A stretch of DNA of 64,000 nt from Cycas panzhihuaensis. Taxonomy: Eukaryota; Plantae; Cycadophyta. How positions within the stretch are numbered: the stretch's first letter is position 1; each line of letters starts with the position of its first letter. The notes beneath the pieces are model-generated. The model was given only the letters and a program-made list of their open reading frames with translations. It was not told where the DNA came from and did not search any database. The stretch spans positions 203,181,741 through 203,245,740 of the forward strand of contig CM041465.1 in NCBI GenBank assembly GCA_023213395.1, in the 5' to 3' direction. Position numbers and translations under genes: made by a program. Below, in pieces: positions 1 to 13,320 of this stretch.

Positions 1-3000
1 CCACCAACACTTAGAACATTACTCCCCTCCAACCCAAGAATGCCTCTTTTATTCATGTCACCTCCCACACACTTCTTCCTTTAAGTAATCTGCTTTTATT
101 TTATTAAAAGTCTTTTTATATTATTTATAATATAATGTGCACATTTTACCCTTAAACATTTACATGTACATAGCATTTTGCTATCAGATTCATATGTCAT
201 CTTAATACAAAATGTTAAACCTGCAAAGGTATATGTCCATACTTAATGAGACATTTCACTAGGCTCTCATCTTACATTGAACATAGATTGATTACACATA
301 ACCATATTAAGAACATCTATAGAGTATAAAAATATACATTGAAATGTATAGTGAAATATATGGTGTTCACAAGGATATTACTACATTCATTCCTATTTAT
401 TTGTATCCATACTAGTAATAATCAATTACAACATAACAATGTGTATTTACAAAGCGCTTGTATGTATTTATTATTACTACAAGTATAAACATCATATATT
501 ATCATAATGCCATATCATCACTCAATAAACCACATTTTATATTATTATTGTTATAGATATACATTTATGCTCATCAATATATTAACAAACCATACCATTC
601 ATCATTATATGGTTATTATTGACCGTCATATACATCATTATGGAATTAATTTAAAATGATAACATCAAGATATATTTACATGTAAGATTAATTATTTTAT
701 TATGGGCATATATATGTATCTATGTATTTAATGCCAAATACTACCTATTATACTTGCACTCTAGCCAATGTGTTTCATAATTTCCTTATCTATTCAATGG
801 CCAACACATATATTTATGTAATTGTGTACCATTTACTATATATATTATGCATGCAACATGTCCAATGCCATTGAAATGCATCAAAACTAACTATAAATAG
901 TCCAAATCAAAATTTTGGATACATTTATGACTAATTGTATAGATTGTATATATAGTAGGCCATATAGATGGTATACATACATATGTGGATAGTATTAATG
1001 GTATTTTAAACAAGTGTTTTTATATGTGTATATAGTGATTTTCTTCTAAATACATTGTTTAGTTATTATACATTTTACAGTACATAATTAGACTTTATTA
1101 AATGAAATTTGGGCTATCATAGATGTAGTTGAATGCACTATGTATATACCAACCTATATAGCATAGCCTATCCAACTATATCATCCTATTTAAACCCTCT
1201 TACTGAGGTAATTATAATTTTAGCCAAAATAAGTATCATGTTTATTTAGTTTCCAATATTACATAGTCACAGTTATCAAGCATTAAATGTAAAATATAAA
1301 TCAAATGGTATAGTTTGTATATATAGTGACCATATAATATTGTATATATAGTTATCCTTAACCACCTTTTATAATTTCATTTGATTATGGATTCATTTGA
1401 CCCTTCAAATAGTAATTTTTTAAAGGTTGTCTTTAACTTCTAACGTCTCTTATTTCTATATTTCTTGGTCAATTAATACATTTGTTACTATTATATGTCC
1501 TATGTACATAATCAATCATATGGATACTATGTATACATCTCCATAATACTAGTTTGCCCTTTAAATGATGGTTTTAAACTTGTTTTCTCAAACTAATTTA
1601 TTTGTAAAGGTTTGTAGCCAAACTACTAGGACATTAAATGAAGCCACTTCTAAATTGTTTAATTCACTATAATATTGGCCTATATAATATGCGTGGCCAC
1701 GTTATGGTTTGTATAACCACTTAGACTATCAAGTTTTTTCTAACTTAAAAATAATTTATTTAGTCCCTTTAAAGGTGACTTTGAGGCCAAAACCTAATGA
1801 AGGCGATATTATAGAGTAAAGAATGGTATAATAGCCTCAATATGGCATTAAATGCTTGAAATAAACTTAAATAAAATAATAAATATCTTATGTTTCTCTC
1901 TTTTATGGTAAGATTATACCTTCATTAGTAGAGAGATCACTTGGTAAAGTACTAAAGTATACTTGCATCCTTACTTTCCTTAATTCCCCACTCTATCAAT
2001 ATTTTCCTCATCAACACAACAATGTTTATTGTTTTTACTACTTATGAGTTTATATAAGAGAAAGCTTAGGAAGTGATTTGATTGAGAAACTTGTTTATTC
2101 ATGCACTAATAAAATATCACCTCTTATATATGATTTTTCATAGTTATCTTGATAACTCTGAGCTAGCCTTTTCTGTTAATAGCTATGCAATAGTCCTTAA
2201 GGATTTTAACCTTAACCTTTATCTTTTCTCTTATGAATTTTTCTTTAATTTATAAGGATCTTAGACATTAAGTGAAGATAAATCCCCCTTATATTTTAAT
2301 GTATGAGGGTCTTTAATATTAAGGAGGGAAAATTCTCTGTTGTGACATTGTACATATTAGCAGACTCTTTATAGGCATGAGACACCATATTAATAGTGTT
2401 TTGTTTACTAGTTATTTTCCTAAGTGATTAGTTCCTTAGCTTGTTAAAGGTACTAGAGTATGTCATGGATCTAAATGAGAGCATGAAACAAAATCATTAA
2501 GAAGTTAAGAACATCAAGAGGTACAAGCATTGCATAAGTGTTATAGTCCATTCTCACTATAGAGAAGCAACTTGTGACCAAGTTGACCAAGTGGGGCTAA
2601 TTCCTAAGTAAATGCACTAGCTTCTAGTGTAAGGTTAATTATAATAGTAATAACATCCACTTAAACTCACGCTTTAAAGGGAAAACATGTTAAGCAATAG
2701 AAAATTGTTGCATGTTTCTCCCTCTTAATGGACTAAGGCACATTTAAAAATACAGATATAATGATTATTTTACAATTATAACCTTAAAATTTAAAAACTC
2801 AAGTTGTAAAATAAAAATCATGGCATAGAGTTCCTTATTGGCTTCAAAATAAATGGTCATAAGCCCTAAATAAACTTCATATGAGAAAATTATGTTAATT
2901 TAAAGTTTATAGTCTTAAATACATGTTATTACAGCTCAACTTTTCTTTTAAATCAATAATTATTTTAACTGCCAACCACAATTTTAAATAAGTTTTAACT

Positions 3001-3712
3001 TGAATGCATAAGGAGATAATGAAATATTTGAAAGATTTTGTTTTTAGAGTTTATCTCTTTTTCTTACTACTTCAAGGGAAGATATTATTTCTAAATGCTT
3101 CTTTACCTTAAAGAGAGACAATTATTACTAAAGATGTTTTATTATCTTATGAATTCTTTATAATAGAGATAAGTTGTATTACTAAATACTTTTTCATTAT
3201 ATTATAAAATTATCATATTTACTATTATTTTATGTCCTTTTATTTTACCATATTTACTATTAATTAATACTTCTTTTTAATATAATTTATAGTTATTATT
3301 GGTACTTAATTATTTTTAATTTTTAATATTTGGTAGTACTCTAGAATTTCTATTTTTACTTATTATTAGAATTAATAAGTAACCTCAAAGGGTTTCCATA
3401 AATTGTCAAATCTTAATCTTGAGAAATTAGAGTTTTTATCAAAAATCTAAATTTTTGAGAACTAAATTTAGCAAAAGTGACTACAAATGTGAGTCTATCA
3501 TGTCTATTACAAATAAATTAAGTGGTTATATCCCATATTTTAGATTAGAAATGTAAAATCAAAAGAGTTTTAATTACTCTCATTATTAATTGTTACCTAG
3601 GCCTTAAAATATACTATTTCAACTTCTAGCCATAATTTTACGTATCCATTTGACCTCTTTACTCTATACCACACCCCCTCAGCCCCCAACTCCTTCAATT
3701 TGGTACATCTTA

Positions 3713-4030
3713 TATAGAAATTTTAAACTAAGGTATAAATATAAGAAGGATAGAGTCTAATACATCCAAAAAATTGATTTCAATAATGTATTAATTCATC
3801 TCTCTCCCATTTATCCTCCACCTCCATTTACATTATACAACAAAGTGCATAAATGAAATGCAATAATAATAAAATTTACATCCTAAACTAATGACAAATG
3901 AGGAATGTTAGGTAATCCCTAATGACTTATTATTCTAATATTTCAATAAAGAATAATTTAAAATACAATTAATAAGTGGGAGGCTTATAACTTGAAGTTA
4001 TCAACCAATGTAAACACTAATATTTTAATA
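3713..4030 (-). repeat. 3' LTR of Copia A
   Basis: Aligns along its length with 8435-8751 (e.g. taatgtattaattcatct, aagtgcataaat, aggcttataact). Adjacent to the PPT. Confidence 0.88.
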
Positions 4031-4044
4031 CTCCCCCTTAATAT

Positions 4045-6690
4045 TTACTTCATTAATTCTAACACCTAAACCAGCATTAAATCTCTAAAATTTATCTTAT
4101 GCTAGTGGTTTACTAAATATGTTAGCCAATTGTTCTTCCATTAGCTTATATTCCATGTTGATCACTTGATTCTAAATTAATTTAGGAATAAAGTTATGGT
4201 GCATCTCAATGTGTTTAGTATGAGTGCAAAGCATGAGATTCTTAGTTATCATCATTGAACTCTAATTATCATAATATAATTAGTTTATTCTAATTAATAT
4301 AGACCCATGTACCTAGAATCTATTATAACTGAATGGCTTTAATAACTACTACAACTATAACCTCATGCTCTTTTTTAGTTGAAGAGAAATCAACATTTGA
4401 TTTTATTTTATTACTCTAAGTGATGGCAACTCATCCCAAATTAAAATAGTATCCATAAGTGAACCTCTTACTTTTTAAACATTTGGTCTAATTAGAATCC
4501 ATTAATCATTTTAATTTAAAGTTGACATTGTATATGAATTCAAGTTTGTACTGTACAACACACTTCAAGTATTTAAGGATCCTTTTTGTAGCTTTTTAGT
4601 AACTATATTTTGTCATTTCCGTAAATTTAAATACTATTCCAACTACAAATAAAATATTAAGTCTTATAGTAATCAAATGTATTAGACTATTCGTCAATTA
4701 CCTATAGAATGTTTTCTCAACCATCTTCAATTATTAACTTGGAACCTATCTCTATGGGATAACCATAGGTTTGCGATCATCTACTTGAATTTCTTCATAA
4801 TTTATCAAGAGTATTTCACCCGTGAGATTGAGACACATCTAGGCCTTTACCATACTTCCACTCTAAGGAAGTAATGTAGAACTCTTTAAATATGTAATCT
4901 CAAAGAAGTGACTTAGATTTATTTTTAGGTATAATAATATATTGATGTTATTATGTATGATTAATAAGTCATCAACATAAAACACCACAAATATTTCTTT
5001 AGCATTTTAGACTTTAATATATAGGTTTAAGTTAGCTATAGATCTTTTAAATCTATTTTTAAGAAAGTACTAATTAATCTTTTTATACTAGGCTCTTAGA
5101 GCCTATTTTAGGTTATATAAGACCTTTCTAAGTTAGCATACCAAGTGTTCTTGACCTTTCTGTATAAAGTCAAAGGACTACTTTATGTAGACTTCTTATG
5201 TTAAGTCCCCATTTAGAAATATACTTTTCACAACCATTTGATAAAGCTACAAATTGAATTATATAGCCATTATCATAATGAGATAAACAATATTTATCTT
5301 TGTAATAGAAATGAGTGTTTTTTAATAGTTAATCCCTACTTGTCACTCAAAGCCTTCTACTACAAATCTAGCCTTATATTTACCAACATATCCATTTGAT
5401 TTATACTTGGTTTTATAGATCCATTTATAGCTAATCACTTGCTTTTTAGAAAATAATTTGACCAAATCCCATATGTAATATTTTTTGATTGCTTAGATTT
5501 CAATATCCATAGCAACATTCCACTTCTACTCTTTAATAGCTTCCTCAATTATAGAAGGTTCATCAACACTCAATACACATACCATAAGAGAATTATTCAC
5601 TTGCATAAAAGGTCATATTTTGGATTATTACTTTTCCTCTATCTTAGATAATAACTTATTAGTATCCTCCATAGTTTTCAAATATCATGAGAGAGCTTCT
5701 TCTTTAAAGATGAAGGTGAAGGTGTGGAAGGTTTCTTTGGCTTAGGTTTTAACTCAATCTTTAACTTCAACTCATATTTAGATTCTAGAAGCTAGAAAGA
5801 TTTTAGCTCCCTTGTTTCACCAATATCAAATAGTTTAAACATAGATTGATTAATATCCCTTGAAGAATCACATTCAAGCAGTTCCTTAATCTACTCCTCA
5901 ACTTCAATTAAAGCCTTATCTATTATATCATTCCCATTGAAGATAATATCATAAGTTATGTACACCTTCCTGGTAAATAACTCATAAATTCTATAAGCTT
6001 TACTTCAATAGAAATGCCTAAATTTTCATGAAAAATTATCAATGAAAGTCATAAAGTATCTTGCTCCTCCAAGAAACATAATCAGTATTCATCTATAAAT
6101 ATCTGAGTGAACCAGTCCAAGTTTCTCTTTGGTTGCATGTTTCCTCTTTTGTAATAAAGTTTCTCTATGTTGTTTACCAAAAATATATGGTTTACATAAG
6201 TAATATTTAGCATTTATCAAATGAAGGCTACGTACCATTTTTAATTTATACATCAATTGAAAACTAAAGTGGTTTAATTAACCCATTTGTTTATGCCATA
6301 ATTTGTATTTTGGAGATATAACGATGAATGCTCTTTATACTTTAGCATATCATTATAGTTTATACAAATTATTATTTTTAATTCCTTTAGCTATGACCTT
6401 ATTTTATTTGTCTTGGACCATATACTACCCTCAAGTCATATTATATTATTCAATTTTACCTATAAAAACAAGATTAGCCTTTAAATTGAACACATATAAC
6501 ACATTGTCCAAATATTCTCTTACTATGTGGCATGATGACTACTATGTTTCCAACTCCAACAACCTCCAAATTAGTGTCATCTTTAATGATGACTTCTTGA
6601 TTTACTTCCCACATCTAATAGAGTTATTTTAGCTTGCTAATCATATGTCTCAATGTGTTAGAATCACTAAACCAAATTTCATATATCTCA
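4045..6690 (-). pseudogene. Degenerate Copia pol of element A (protease, GAG-pre-integrase, truncated integrase, RT, RNase H)
   Basis: Minus-strand motifs with many stops: W.H..MG and LVHSD (6100-6300), TFIDNFS fused to SKAYRIY (~6020), KYKARFVV, YQMVVKSIFLNGDL, FYVDDLLI, HTKHIEMH, QLANIFSKPL. Confidence 0.88.
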
Positions 6691-8434
6691 AACCTCACCT
6701 TTTATATAATAATAAAGAGTTTCTTCATTATTTTAGTAGGTGAAATCCCCTCTGTGTCATAGGTCCTCATTATCTAGATGTCTAAAAAATACACCTTATA
6801 CTTTGGGTTCTACGTGACAAGGGGCTAAAGGGTAGGGGGCTTTATCATGGAACTCAAATTTTATCTAATTAAGTTTAATGTCACTTAAACTTTATATTAA
6901 AAAAAAAAAAAAAAAAACCTAAATTTTAGCCTATGGTACAAAATAAAATATTCTCAAGGAATATTCTCCCTACAACAATGGCAATGATTAATATTTCAAA
7001 AAAAGAAAAATCCACCAATTTTTTGCATTTTTCATTCAATTTTTTAGTTGATGATTAATGTAAAGAATTATGCATGCTCTTGCATGTAGGCTTACATGAT
7101 TTTGTAGTGAAAAAATAGGCATATTTTGCATGGTAATTGTCACTCAAATGCCATGCAACCTCAAAGAGTTTTTTATAGCTTTATGAGTGATTTTCATTGT
7201 ATTTTCTCTTATTTTAAGTTTTTCTAAGAGAAGATATAGCTTTGTAATAGCTTACCTGAGCCTCTCAAGTTTCAATTTAGAGTATTTGATGGCTATTAAA
7301 GTGTATTCATATATTAGGCAATATTTGAATAGAGAAGACTCCTCAATAAACTAATGGCTATCTCATTTTTAAATGGCAACTCTAATACAATCTTTAATGG
7401 GTTTTTAAAATATTTTTCTACTCCTTAAAATTGTGACTCTTATCCCTTTAAACAATGGTTAGAAAAATGGTCTTATGTGCTTGTTTTAAATAGTATTCAA
7501 CAAGGACTCTATTGGTCTCTTAAATAAAGTTCATAATGTATTTTTCAATGAGTTTTAATGGCTTAAATAATGATCTTCTTCTTCAAAATGGTCGTCCAAC
7601 ATGCATGTCTTTTTAGTTCTCCTTTCTTTGTTTAGTAGTGGTTCTTACCCCATAAAATAGTCGCTTTCATATGGCCACTTCTATAATTAAAATACTATTA
7701 TTTTTAATACATTTTTCCATTCCTTTTAATGGATTTTATCATTGAATTTACTCCCTTATACAATAGATTTGATTTGTTATGTTTATTTAATTTTTAATCA
7801 ATTTATAAAGGGTGTTTTAAAGGTCACTTTAATGTTTATTTTGCTCTATATTTATTGTTTATATGTAGGTTATTTTTAATGAAAGTACATGTTATTTATG
7901 AGCTATTTTAAAGAGATTTCATACAAATCTATATAAACAAGTATCTTCAGCCTTATTAAGATTTTTTCCTTAAATCTAAATAGGTATCTCTATGTTGTTC
8001 TATAGTATCTCCCCTTTGAAGAGTAAACCACTTTTGTCCAATTAGCAGTACTCAAAGGTTTGTGTTTGAAAATAGACCTTAAGGGGAGTGCCTTTGCATT
8101 ATCACTGCTACTATAACTACTAACAAATACATATCAACTTACTATATATTAATATATAAACCATTCCTATAATATATAATGAATAATAACAAGAATTTAA
8201 AAGCATTCATAGACTCAAAATGTTAAAATTTAAGCTCTCAAAACCTCATCAACTATTTAAACTTGAATAAACTCAAGGCTAATCTAGACTTAAGATTGAT
8301 TCAAGTGTCACAAATTATATTAACATATACCTAATTTTGCTAAAAAAATAACATTAAATTTCTTAAGGTAGATCCTGGACCTATGTAGACTTGCATTTAA
8401 GCCTATAATATGCACCTATCCTACTTTGATACTA

Positions 8435-8751
8435 TGTAAATTTTTTAAATTTGGATCTAAATATAAGAAGCATAAACTCTAACATATCATGAAAATTAAT
8501 TTTACTAATGTATTAATTCATCTTTATCTCATTCATCCTCCATCCTCATTTACGTTATATAACCAAGTGCATAAATATAACAATAATGAAATATTTACAT
8601 TTTAAATTAATGACACATGTCAGGAATGTTGAGCAACTCCCAATGACTCATCCTTCTCACATCTCAATAAAGAATTATCTAAAGTGCATTTGATAAAGGG
8701 AAGGCTTATAACTCAAAATTATGAACCAATATAAATATTAATATTTCAATA
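8435..8751 (-). repeat. 5' LTR of Copia A
   Basis: Begins tgtaaa right after the PBS complement and is followed by TSD TCTTA. Confidence 0.88.
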
Positions 8752-9299
8752 TCTTAAAGTCTATTTTATATCAAAAGTGGTTTTATTTATATTAGATGTT
8801 AGAATAAAAAGTTGACCATATTGTAGTAAGAGATACTATTATTATCTTTAAAATCCTCAATCTTTAGTCAAGACAAAAACTACATGTTTCTAAATCACTT
8901 CAAACTAAAATAATTAGAATCATTTCTTAGTCATATTTCTATTAAAAGAGGTAACATTCAATTTTTATGGTTAGAATACAAGTTATTTTAATTATGATGA
9001 TGAAATCCCATTTTTATCTGAATTTTTAAAATAAATTTCGAACAAATTTTTTAAATGTCAATAAATTCCTTTTTTACATCAATTATTTTTAAAATTTTTA
9101 ATAAGCATTTCTATTTATAATAGTAAGATTGATACTCGTTATAAATAAAAAAGACTAAGTAATAGACAACCACATAGAAGTGAAAGCCATATTGGGTAGA
9201 ATAAGTCAAACTATTACATATTTGAGCAAAAAGGAAAATAATAAAGAGTAAAATATATTTCCATAAAGAAGAAGAAATCAAATAAATGCCATAATATCC

Positions 9300-9611
9300 T
9301 GAATGAAGGATGGATCTAGGAGATAAATCACTCACATGCACACAATGACAATGAAGAATGAAAAAGACGATGAAATAAGATATGAGAGCAAACTTAGAGG
9401 TGAGAATGAATAATGACTCCCTCCTTGAGATTTCACCTTTTATTATTGAGGGTGAGCATTAGGGTTAGGATTTTCCTGCCTAATGACATGAACTCGAAAT
9501 TACATTTAAATGCACATAAAGTAAATTTCATTAAGAGACTAATGCTAATAATATATCCTAAGGTCACATAATTAATCTACACAAATGACCTTGATACATT
9601 AACCTCTTTTA
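9300..9611 (-). repeat. 3' LTR of Copia B
   Basis: Near-identical to 15317-15628; TG...TA(CA) ends. Confidence 0.96.
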
Positions 9612-9925
9612 ATCCCCCCCTTAATGGTGGAAGGTCATTTTCAGAAAATCTATTCTATGAGGTCTTCATTTGAGCCTCATTATTACATTAAAATTCTAAA
9701 TGACACTTTTATGGGAAAACCCTCATAGGGAATAAAAACCCACGAACTTTCTAAAATCTATAGCCCCTTTATAAATCAAAATGGCTTAGGTGGCTCTTTG
9801 ATGTAGCCTGATAGCCAAGCTACTTAAATGTGCAGCTTAATCTGCTAAGTCTCCATATATTGTTTGGTCATTCCCTATACCCTTTTGGGTTTTCATAGGT
9901 TCTGATTTTCTAAAATAAGTACAAC

Positions 9926-10030
9926 CCTTATTCTTCCATATCCACATGGGGTTTTCACAAAGAGGATAAAGCAGAGACTTACTCTTATTCTTCCGTGCCC
10001 ACAAGGGGTTCTCATAAAGAGAATAGAGTA
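9926..10030. repeat. ~56-bp tandem duplication in the 3' UTR of Copia B
   Basis: cttattcttccatatccacatggggttttcacaaagaggata versus cttattcttccgtgcccacaaggggttctcataaagagaata. Confidence 0.75.
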
Positions 10031-10069
10031 TGATGATCCTGTTGCTATCTTCTTTGATTAATCGAAGAT

Positions 10070-13000
10070 GGAGGCCCTAAGGCCGAGCTACCTTCAAAAC
10101 TGTTCAAACTTCACCCTTTGTAGTAGTTTGGTGAAGATATCAGCCACTTAATCTACTGTGGGACAGTAATCTAATTAAATTGTGCCGTCATGAACAAGTT
10201 CCTTAATCATGTGGACTTTCGTACTTATGTGTTTAGTACGATCATGAAATACAGGATTTTTTTCCATGCAGATTGCTGATTGATTATCCACATGAAGACT
10301 CGTAGGACTTGTTTGGGTGATATTCAATGTTTCCAATAATTTTCTCAGCCATATCACCTCTTTATTAGTCTTAGAAGTAGCAATGTATTTAGCTTCGGTA
10401 ATTGAATCTACAACTATCTTATGTCGTCTGGATCTCCATGATATTGGTGCTGTTCCAAGAAACATTACATACCCAGACGTAGATCTTCCTGTATCTTTAT
10501 CTCCTCATTTCCCAAACTTCTTAGTTCTCATCATGTTCATTAAAATGATTATTTTATGAGGAGGATGTTGATGTGCTTGAAGAAGATGGTCCTTCTACCA
10601 TTATTTTGCCTTTGTCAACTCTGATATCTTCAAAAGATGGTGCTGGATGTGCACTCATTGGTTCAGAGTCACAACTTGTATCCTCCAAGGCTCTATTATC
10701 AGCTTCCAACATTTGGAGTAATTTATGTCTGTCCTCCCCCCCCCTGCCCCCCCCCTAAATTTTAGAATCTGAACATCATACTTGATAATATTATTATAGC
10801 AGCGTGAGGGTACTATGGAGTCTAATTTAAGTAACTAATCCTCCGTCTCTACAAAAATGACATATCTGATAACAATGAGTTTTTGTTGTGAAGGTATGAA
10901 GACCTTATACCCTTTCTTATCCATAGGGTATCCAACAAAGATGCCTTTAAGTGCCCTTGGCTAATGTTTATTTCGATCTACATCTAGAATATGGGCATAG
11001 CATATAAAGCCAAAAATTCTAAAGTAGTGAACAATGGGGGCTTGTCCTAACCACTTTTCATTAGGTGATTGTACTTCCTTTAATGGGCTAACAACATTGA
11101 TACAATAAACGACTGTTTAGATTGCTTCAGCCCATAGATAGGTAGGTACATTTTTATATATTAACATAGCACGAGCCATGTTTATGATTGTCCTATTCAT
11201 GCACTCGGCAACTCCATTTTGTTGTGGGGTACCTGCTACTGTTGTTTGATGCTTGATGCCATTGTCTCGAAGGTAGCTTTCAAACTCATGTGAGGTATAT
11301 TCACCACCATTATCAGTTCGAAGAAATTTAAATTGATAACCTGACTCTTTTTCAGTGAGGGCTTTGAATTCCTTAAATATACGGAATGCTTCATCTTTCT
11401 TATGTAGAAAAGCTACCTATACTTTTCTAGTAAAATCATCAATGAAAGAGATGTAATATAGCTTGTCCTTTAGTGAAGGAATAGGTATTGGCCTGCACAA
11501 ATCAGAGTGTACCAATTGTAATGGATGGCTCGATTTCCACTAACTTTTGGGAAAGGGTTGTCCATGAGATTTGGAAATGATAAAAGCTTCACATTTAAAT
11601 GGCTTAGAGGAAAACTTTGGAAGGTTTAGAAGAGTATTAGAAAGATCTCTAAGTCTATCAATGTGAACATGGCCCATATGAGCATGCCAAAGAGCTTCTG
11701 GTGACAATGTCGGATGGGTCAAGATGGAATTAAATGTAAATTCTTCATTGGCACAAGGGCTTTGGGCACAATGGGCTTCAGAAGATGGAGAGACATTCAG
11801 TCAAAAGAGTTTGCCAGAAAGATGTCCAGTCAAAACCACTTGATTAGTTGGAGGGTGAATGACCTTAAGAGTTTGGTCATTTGTGGTTACACTCATATCA
11901 AATCCATGAGAAACAAGTGTGGATAAAGAGAGTAGGTTTTATTTGAGATTGGGTATGTATAAGACATCAAGCAATGTAAAATCTTCTAAGCCTGGGAGTT
12001 TCAGGTGAATGTTGCCAATTCCTTCAACAGGTTATTGTGATTTATCAGCCATGTAAACAACTCCATAAACATTTGAGTCAAATGTTTGATATAGACTGTG
12101 ATTGCATGTCATATGTTGAGTTGCTCCTGTGTCCATGATCCACTGTCCATCGATTGAAGCCACACTATTGGAAATTCCAATAGGGCTTGGCATTGGTGAA
12201 GGGAATTCACAAGTGATATATCTACACTGAGTTTCAAAGTATCCCTTTGGTTAGTCAATGGTATTTGATGCTGAGGATCCCTCAATTCTTTGAATGTGTG
12301 CTTGTACAAAACCTACACCACTAAAGGATTCTTCACAAGTTTCTTCAACATTGTGAGCTCCATGTTTTGGTTGGAACTTGGCCAACTTATAAGTGGTAGT
12401 TTTATAATCTTTTGCTAAGTGTCCTTTACGGTTACACCGATCACACATAATAGTTTGGTTACGGTCCTAAAGAATCTTGGTTTGGCCTGATTATCTTGCT
12501 CTTTGTTGAGGTGGCCCTTAGCCTTGAAACTGTCGAGGTTGTAATTTAGGGTTTGATTGACCTTGTGGACGATTTCCCATATTTCTTCTTCTTCCTCTTG
12601 CTTGGTTATTTCCTTTGCCATGAGAGGGACCTTGATTTTTTGTGTAGCAAACTTCTTCTTCTACCTCAAAGGCTGCATCTAGAAAAGAGTTAGAGGCTAC
12701 AAAGTTTGTATCAAAGGTCTTATCAAATTCTATAAACTTCTCGGCAAGTGCTTCGAAGTTGAGTGTCTTCAATGTTCCACTAGATTGAAGTCTTCCAAGC
12801 AAGTTTTTATAATCGGAGATATGTAAACATGACTGGATCAAAAATGCCCAAGTTAATTACCTGTTTGATTGGTCGAATGAGATTTATTGTCTCATGAGCT
12901 CGTCCCTTTTGCATTTTTAATTTGTTCATTTTCAAAATAAGGTGAACAAATTCTAAATCTGACTTTATATCAAAGTTCTTTCTAAGAACTTCTAGGATCT

Positions 13001-13320
13001 TCCAGGCTGTATCATGTTCCTCTTCGTTTATCAAGTTATGCAATGAATGATTAATGACCAACAAAATTCCTGCATGAATTTTTTCATCATCTATCTCCCA
13101 TTGTAGTTTAGTTACAGCATCTGTAGGAGCTGTTGGGGCAAATCCACTGGAAGCAGCTATTGTAGTCGTTGTTGGTGTACTGGGTGTAGGCTACAAGTGG
13201 GCTCTCCAAAGGCCTTCATACTTTACAGCATTTTTAATTTCAGTGTACCATATATCCCAATTTTCTTTGCCTTTCAATATGCAGTTAACATTTTGCTTGA
13301 ATTTAGATGACACGGTGATG
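10070..13320 (-). pseudogene. Copia gag-pol of element B: Gag, Zn-knuckle, protease, integrase and RNase H, with RT absent
   Basis: LKGKENWDIWY Gag start; CDRCNRKGH knuckle; WIMDTGATQHM protease; LWHAHMGH; FIDDFTRK, LRTDNGGEY, PQQNGVAE integrase; IFVGYP..KGYKV. Then directly GDKDTGRSTSGY...ISWRSRR...VDNQSAI...VFHDRTKHI...ADIFTK RNase H. Confidence 0.95.

Larger units (their letters stand above)
3713..8751 (-). mobile_element. Ty1/Copia LTR retrotransposon A, old and internally deleted
   Basis: Two alignable ~318-bp LTRs (3713-4030, 8435-8751). Exact 5-bp TSD TCTTA (3708-3712 / 8752-8756). PPT complement ctccccctta at 4031-4040 and degenerate tRNA-Met PBS complement actttgatacta at 8423-8434. 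Copia-order pol remnants inside. Confidence 0.9.

Noticed and set aside
2318-3500. Purine tract plus tgttgtgac (2338) ... gtgactaca (~3485) as a Gypsy LTR
   Set aside because: No partner LTR, TSD or convincing PBS. The region 1-3700 is probably decayed repeat but is unassigned.
6303-6632. ORF-track ORFs such as 6303+, 10317+, 10573+, 11714+, 26488+, 49945+, 55348+, 60396+ and 61460+ as genes
   Set aside because: They are antisense shadows of retroelement coding remnants on the other strand.
6899-6917. Poly(A) run as a LINE/SINE tail
   Set aside because: No TSD, Pol III boxes or upstream ORF2 remnant.
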